Source: a virus (lineage: Duplodnaviria; Caudoviricetes). Taken from it: a stretch of 51,211 nt of DNA. Each line of letters begins with the position of its first letter. The stretch's first letter is position 1. The notes beneath the pieces are model-generated. The model was not told the origin of the DNA. It saw only the letters and a program-made list of their open reading frames with translations, and did no database searches. Both the position numbers and the translations under genes were made by a program. Below, in pieces: positions 46,425-51,211 of this stretch. Where the stretch lies: positions 1 through 51,211 of IMG/VR virus record IMGVR_UViG_3300020043_004509. The stretch is one strand, 5' to 3'.

Positions 46425-46780
46425 TAGAATGGATATTCTGAATCGTCCTTATAAATGTACTCTCCATGTCCAAGCGCCCACCTCTTAAGCTTTGGGTAAT
46501 CAATGATGTAAATCCAGGCTCTGATGTTACGTCCTGAATTTGGATTTTTTGTCAGTGGTGTCTCTACAACCTCACCGACACCAAGTTTCTCGATTAACTT
46601 CTTAAGTCCCATACCACGACGTTCACATACAAAGTTGTCAGTGAATAAAGCCATCGCAAAACGGTATTCTTTTCGTATCTTATAGATTTCGTACAGCTGT
46701 TCTCGCGGCTGTGAAAGATTATAGAACTCCTTAAGGCCACAACAGGTACTATGTTTGACTGACATACTAGAGTCCACCAT
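46424..46780 (-). CDS. Hypothetical protein coupled to ligase cluster
   Basis: 118 aa, 'STCCGL', 'NPNSG'; TAATG overlap. Confidence 0.7.
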   Translation of the reverse strand: MVDSSMSVKHSTCCGLKEFYNLSQPREQLYEIYKIRKEYRFAMALFTDNFVCERRGMGLKKLIEKLGVGEVVETPLTKNPNSGRNIRAWIYIIDYPKLKRWALGHGEYIYKDDSEYPF

Positions 46781-47141
46781 AAGCTACCTTCTTTAATAAT
46801 TTCTTGATATATCGAGTTCTGCCAAGAAGTTGCTGCTGTTCTTCGTGTGTGAATGCGTCACGTTCATCCATAAGCTTGCCTACAAGTCGTGTAACAATGA
46901 TAGGGATAATGATTAGTGGCACCACGTGCATCAGAATCATGGCATCAATGCGCCCAATGACTGTTACGGGGTACATGTCACCGTATCCAACAGTCATCGA
47001 GGTAACACTTGCCCACCAGAGAGAATCCCATAGTGATTTTGATTCAGCTAATGCAAATACGATAGCGCTTAGGCTCACAAAACCAAGATAGATACAGATT
47101 AACTCACGAAATGTATCTGTATAGCGATTAATTGATTTCAT
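46767..47141 (-). CDS. KcsA-like 2-TM potassium channel
   Basis: TM1, pore helix 'DSLWWASVT', filter TVGYGD, 'YPVT..GR', TM2. Confidence 0.92.
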   Translation of the reverse strand: MKSINRYTDTFRELICIYLGFVSLSAIVFALAESKSLWDSLWWASVTSMTVGYGDMYPVTVIGRIDAMILMHVVPLIIIPIIVTRLVGKLMDERDAFTHEEQQQLLGRTRYIKKLLKKVAYGGL

Positions 47142-47143
47142 AG

Positions 47144-47707
47144 TTAGAAGTTAACATCTACACTCTTTTCGGCACCACTTACTGACTTAAACAGCGATAC
47201 CTTTACAAAACCAAATGCTCCAGCAAACATATTCTTAGGGAATCGCGTCACGTTCTGGTTGTAATTTGTCGCAACCTGATTAAAGTTATCCCGCTTAGTT
47301 GCAATACCATTCTCTGTACCTGCTAATTCAGCCATAAGTGACTGCACAAGCTGGTTTGACTTAAGTTCCGGGTATGCTTCTTGTAGGCGTGGCAACAGTG
47401 CAATACTAGTCTCCATCTGATTCATAGCCTCTACCTTCTCACCAACAGTTCCAGCGCCACTAATTGCCCGTCGTGAATCTGCAATCTTACCGAACACTTC
47501 TATTTCCTGCTTTTGCCCACCCTTAACAGAGGCCACAAGATTATCAATAAGGTCAAAACGTCGCTGATACTGTGTCTCAACCTGCGCCCATGCATTATCT
47601 ACCTGTGCCTGTGCTGTAACAAGTGAGTTATAGTTTCCTACAAACCACATACCCATCACTCCAATAAATGCTACAACAATACCTCCAACAATTGATACTT
47701 TTGACAT
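47144..47707 (-). CDS. lemA: LemA family protein
   Basis: N-terminal TM, 'YNSLV...AWAQVETQYQRRFDLI.NL', 'EAYPELKSN', 'TEN', 'FP.N..A..FGF'. Confidence 0.93.
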   Translation of the reverse strand: MSKVSIVGGIVVAFIGVMGMWFVGNYNSLVTAQAQVDNAWAQVETQYQRRFDLIDNLVASVKGGQKQEIEVFGKIADSRRAISGAGTVGEKVEAMNQMETSIALLPRLQEAYPELKSNQLVQSLMAELAGTENGIATKRDNFNQVATNYNQNVTRFPKNMFAGAFGFVKVSLFKSVSGAEKSVDVNF

Positions 47708-48234
47708 TATTTTTTCTTATTAAGTAACCTCATTACTAAGTAAACTAATCCTCCCAACAATAAAATTGATACAATCCAATTAATAATATACATTGTATCC
47801 GTTCCTTCTTCTGTGTGTGTCTCCTGCTTAACCTGCCCATCTTCCCCTGTTGTCTCAACAACTACCTCTCTATGTTGACTTTGTGTGAAGAGGAAAATCC
47901 AGGGCAAATAATCCATAAAGTCACGTTGAGGATAGTACACGGTTGAGCCGACAGGTGGTTGATAGCCGCCCCTAAATGTAGGGCGATTATTACTATCTAC
48001 AACAGTGCCCGCCCCACTCATCTTCTTTCCTGTCACACTAGTTACAGGTTTATCTGCTACCTTAGTTACAGGCTTTGGTGCTGGCGGCCTAACAGTATTA
48101 ACTGTAGTTGCAGGCCTCGATACACCTCCGCCTGACCTAACTCCCCCTACTCGACTCCCCTTAGCCTCAGTAAGTTGCGCCCCACCAATAGATAAGGCAA
48201 CAACCATTACTAGTAAAAACTTAATAACCCCCAT
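47707..48234 (-). CDS. Exported G/R/P-rich membrane protein
   Basis: Signal peptide, 'GGVRSGGG' region, C-terminal TM; TAATG-coupled to lemA. Confidence 0.75.
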   Translation of the reverse strand: MGVIKFLLVMVVALSIGGAQLTEAKGSRVGGVRSGGGVSRPATTVNTVRPPAPKPVTKVADKPVTSVTGKKMSGAGTVVDSNNRPTFRGGYQPPVGSTVYYPQRDFMDYLPWIFLFTQSQHREVVVETTGEDGQVKQETHTEEGTDTMYIINWIVSILLLGGLVYLVMRLLNKKK

Positions 48235-48461
48235 AGATAATTTCTTAAGTGATAATTACAATGTCATAACTGACTCTCATAATGTATCACAGAGAATATA
48301 AATACACAATACCTGGCACTGTGCATAACTCAGGGCAATTTTGCAGCCCCCGTTCAGATTGAAAAACACCCGATATAATGCGGGTGTGGATAGCGTCTGT
48401 TGACATATGTAAAAAGTATGTGTCTTGACTTTCTGTACAAATGTGGCGTTATTTATATACA

Positions 48462-48495
48462 AAAAAGCACCATAATTTCTTATAGTGCTTTGTTT
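48462..48495. terminator. Terminator separating early region from lemA operon
   Basis: AAAAAGCAC-CATAA..TTATA-GTGCTTTGTTT. Confidence 0.6.
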
Positions 48496-48533
48496 GCTGT
48501 CACGCTTAATTGCGTGTGTGCTATTTAAGCTTT

Positions 48534-48764
48534 TTATTTTATATCTATTTCCTGCGTCTCGTCCAACGTGGCGTCAAACAATGTGAAGTAGTATCCTTTC
48601 TCTACGTAAAATATACGTACAGTGTCGTTTTCTGCTCTTTCTATTCTAATATCCGGAAATTTTCTATTTCCGTGTCTGATACTCAATATCAACTCATTGT
48701 CCCCGCCTTTACTCGCTACCCGTCCACCTTTGTCGCTGGTGAGTTCGGCGTATAGTTTGGCCAT
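48534..48764 (-). CDS. Early hypothetical protein (start re-called at MAKLY)
   Basis: ATG at 48764 one base after upstream stop. Confidence 0.6.
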   Translation of the reverse strand: MAKLYAELTSDKGGRVASKGGDNELILSIRHGNRKFPDIRIERAENDTVRIFYVEKGYYFTLFDATLDETQEIDIK

Positions 48765-48765
48765 A

Positions 48766-48957
48766 CTAGTAGTTGATACTATCGACACTCGTAACGGCTG
48801 CGAGGTCGTGCGCGTGTGTACCTGTAGGGAGCACGACAAATGGCTTTTTTTCAGCTTGCGTATACTTTATGTACTGCCAAACTGCCTTATAGCCTTTTTT
48901 TGTGTGTGTGTTTTTAAACACAGCTTGTCCCGTTGGGGTTATGATGGTTAGTGTCAT
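48766..48957 (-). CDS. Early hypothetical protein (start re-called at MTLT)
   Basis: ATG follows stop of 48960-49274. Confidence 0.55.
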   Translation of the reverse strand: MTLTIITPTGQAVFKNTHTKKGYKAVWQYIKYTQAEKKPFVVLPTGTHAHDLAAVTSVDSINY

Positions 48958-48959
48958 AC

Positions 48960-49274
48960 TTATTCCACTTCTGTTAAAAACTCTACACAATGCGCTAGAA
49001 GTTCTGGCGACTCTATATCAAGCATACTCGCAACGCCGGTAATTTTGGGCGTTCCGGTACTTGTATATATTCCCTTCACTTCAATTACTTTGTGCGCTGT
49101 TTCTTTTTCTAACGCATTACGAAAGCGGCTGTCACCACCAAAAGTTTCTTTTACCGTATAGCTCATGCAATACGGTTGGTCGGTATCAATAAGTGATACT
49201 AGCCAAATGCCGTATGCCCAATTTGCGCCACTAGGCGCGTTATATCCTATTTTGGTTAAAGTTATTTTTTTCAT
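48960..49274 (-). CDS. Early hypothetical protein
   Basis: 104 aa. Confidence 0.65.
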   Translation of the reverse strand: MKKITLTKIGYNAPSGANWAYGIWLVSLIDTDQPYCMSYTVKETFGGDSRFRNALEKETAHKVIEVKGIYTSTGTPKITGVASMLDIESPELLAHCVEFLTEVE

Positions 49275-49459
49275 GTATTTTTTATATGTTACCTATAAAA
49301 CAAGGCCATAGGATGCGCTTAGAGCGTTTTTATATGCCTTGTCTGATATGTACCCCGCGTCAAATGCGGGGGTGATGTCAAAGTACTGTACTGTGTGCCG
49401 TGCGTGTGTTTAGTACGCCGCATACAATGCCCTACAGTGTAAGGCATTGTGGCGGGGTG

Positions 49460-49657
49460 CTAGATATGTATGATTGTGATTCTTTTTAGTGTGTCGTCGT
49501 TGAGTTCCCACGTGGCGGACAAAGATACTTCCTGGGTTGCACATATACCACCACCAAACGGGTTCAAAATGAAGTGTGTGCCGTCTAATGATGTATAAAT
49601 GACAATATCTTTCTCTGTAAAAGCTTGCTCTACCTCCTCGCGTGTATGTGTGCGCAT
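49460..49657 (-). CDS. Early hypothetical protein (start re-called at MRTH)
   Basis: AT-rich leader before ATG. Confidence 0.5.
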   Translation of the reverse strand: MRTHTREEVEQAFTEKDIVIYTSLDGTHFILNPFGGGICATQEVSLSATWELNDDTLKRITIIHI

Positions 49658-49734
49658 AGTTTTATTTATTACGTGCGGTTGTAATGCCGCGCATGGCGTA
49701 CACCATGTGATGATGTACGCTAGCGGGGTGCTAC

Positions 49735-49941
49735 TTATATGCAAGTGTGTGGGTTTGAAAACTCGCCGTCACATATTTCACAGCGTTGTGTGATGGGTGT
49801 GTGGCAAATTATCCGATAGTCAAAGTGGGTACTATAGAGCCAGGTGCGTTCGTACTTTTCGCGCAGTCTTTGCTCATAGTCGCGCGCTTCAGCTGGAGTG
49901 CAGTCTGTTAAGATATAAAGGTGTTCAATAGCGATTTGCAT
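49735..49941 (-). CDS. Early hypothetical protein
   Basis: 68 aa, C-terminal CEIC. Confidence 0.55.
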   Translation of the reverse strand: MQIAIEHLYILTDCTPAEARDYEQRLREKYERTWLYSTHFDYRIICHTPITQRCEICDGEFSNPHTCI

Positions 49942-49942
49942 A

Positions 49943-50122
49943 TTACTTTTTAATTACCTCGCACCATGATAATTCTCCCCATCGCTTTGCGTCTTCGTTC
50001 TTTTCTGCTAGTCGCTGTTCAAACTCTGCGCGACTACTGTAGTGTGTTGTAAGCGTCATACGGCCGTTTGTCATTGCGTATATTGCGCGTGTACCGGCTT
50101 GCTGCTGCATGATTGTGTGCAT
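49943..50122 (-). CDS. Early hypothetical protein (59 aa), not in ORF track
   Basis: MHTIMQQQAG...EVIKK*; TAA-T-ATG coupling on both sides. Confidence 0.6.
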   Translation of the reverse strand: MHTIMQQQAGTRAIYAMTNGRMTLTTHYSSRAEFEQRLAEKNEDAKRWGELSWCEVIKK

Positions 50123-50123
50123 A

Positions 50124-50330
50124 TTAACGTGTGCTATGCGCCTGATTAAATAATCGTTCCTGCTGTTCTATGATAGCGTCATTGCTGTTTCGTATGTCCT
50201 CCAGGTACTGTAGTGAGTCAATTTGATATTGCGTCATACTTTCATCGTTGCCGACTAGTAGCAAGTGGAGTGCTGCGCCCACTATTAAGCAAAAAATGAT
50301 AGTGACTACTGTGTTGAGTGTTTCGTTCAT
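50124..50330 (-). CDS. Early single-TM protein (start re-called at MNETL)
   Basis: TM helix followed by coiled coil. Confidence 0.55.
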   Translation of the reverse strand: MNETLNTVVTIIFCLIVGAALHLLLVGNDESMTQYQIDSLQYLEDIRNSNDAIIEQQERLFNQAHSTR

Positions 50331-50889
50331 AAAAGTATTAGGTATAGTGCTGTTAAGATTGATATTGGTGCATACTGCGCCCACCTATATATCGTTGCGT
50401 GCCTACGTCGGTACATCCCACGACGGTACTCCGTATACTTATGCATAAGTACAATCATAGTACCGTACAATAAAGTAGCCCGTGTGATTGCGCCCCCATC
50501 GTAGCAAAGCGTCTGCCATACTAGGTGCACTTACAACGCCCACCACCACATCACGTTCATCTAGTACATGCCACATCTTAATTCTTGTCATATGTTTATG
50601 CTATATTGTTAAGTTTCGCCTACCTCCTCACATATAATACTACACACCCGCGCCCCTATATCGTGAGTTATCCACATTTATGACTATGTATGTGTATGCC
50701 CTACTATATGCGCCCCACCTAACACCGCGCCCCCTCACAATCAGGAACACTCACATATACACATAATTGTAAAAGCACCCATAAACATAGCCCTTAAAAT
50801 GCCCCAGGACACGTTAAAATCGCGCCCCCTTAGCATTACATCATGTAAAAAGGTCTACGACGTCAATGTATATGGCCATTGTTACTATG

Positions 50890-50928
50890 TGTTAGTAGGG
50901 TGTTAGTAGGCGTTAGTAGGTGTTAGTA
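50890..50928 (+). repeat. Four ~10-bp tandem units (T/C)GTTAGTAGG
   Basis: Units at 50890, 50901, 50911, 50921. Confidence 0.85.
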
Positions 50929-51100
50929 CATACCCACCTCACACCACACTCACCTAAAGAGAATCGCCCCCATAACAATACGGCTATAAATAAAGCCATT
51001 TACTTGCTTACTTGTCTAGTATATGTTATAATATATCTATCGCTAAATAGGGGGACTCACTACGCTTCAGTAGGTACGCACCATGATAGAGCACGATAAG

Positions 51101-51209
51101 CTGCCGTAAGTGACGCTTTAAATAGCTACACACACATACAAAGACACCTCAAGCACACACCATAGGGCTATATTGCGTTGTCTGCGACGCTTACCCCCCA
51201 CGCATATAC
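51101..51209 (-). repeat. Right copy of imperfect terminal inverted repeat
   Basis: Three blocks (80, 9, 17 bp) colinear with revcomp of 138-330. Confidence 0.9.
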
Positions 51210-51211
51210 CA

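Noticed and set aside
1-51211. Genome-wide stop-codon recoding (code 25/4/15)
   Set aside because: Genes are intact in code 11, and TGA/TAG end genes at tight overlaps (13821, 33118, 36655, 41127, 24828).

Overview
The window is a near-complete ~51 kb tailed dsDNA phage genome with a podovirus-like virion module: TerL, portal, scaffold, HK97-type capsid, adaptor/nozzle and large ejection proteins, and no tape measure. It has two converging arms. Structural genes lie on + (354-24400) and replication/metabolism/early genes on - (24464-50400), meeting at a bidirectional terminator. I could not recognise an integrase, DNA or RNA polymerase, small terminase, reverse transcriptase or CRISPR array. 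Sigma70 extended -10 promoters, near absence of Shine-Dalgarno motifs, LemA and a CPR-type lysozyme suggest a Patescibacteria/Parcubacteria host (inference). Highlights: (1) a class Id-like RNR beta gene with no alpha, preceded by a 64-aa protein that is essentially a free-standing alpha C-terminal CxxC tail; (2) a five-enzyme phiEco32-like peptide-ligase cluster plus a K+ channel/LemA membrane module; (3) a lysozyme gene missed by the ORF track, with no canonical start and a pseudoknotted leader; (4) an unexplained 5-hairpin RNA upstream of tRNA-Ile(UAU); (5) an fMet-like tRNA locked in a 20-bp extended acceptor helix; (6) imperfect inverted repeats at the two ends; (7) a split primase, GroEL/GroES and an Rnl2+PNKP RNA repair pair. 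All family calls come from motif recognition by eye; no searches were run.
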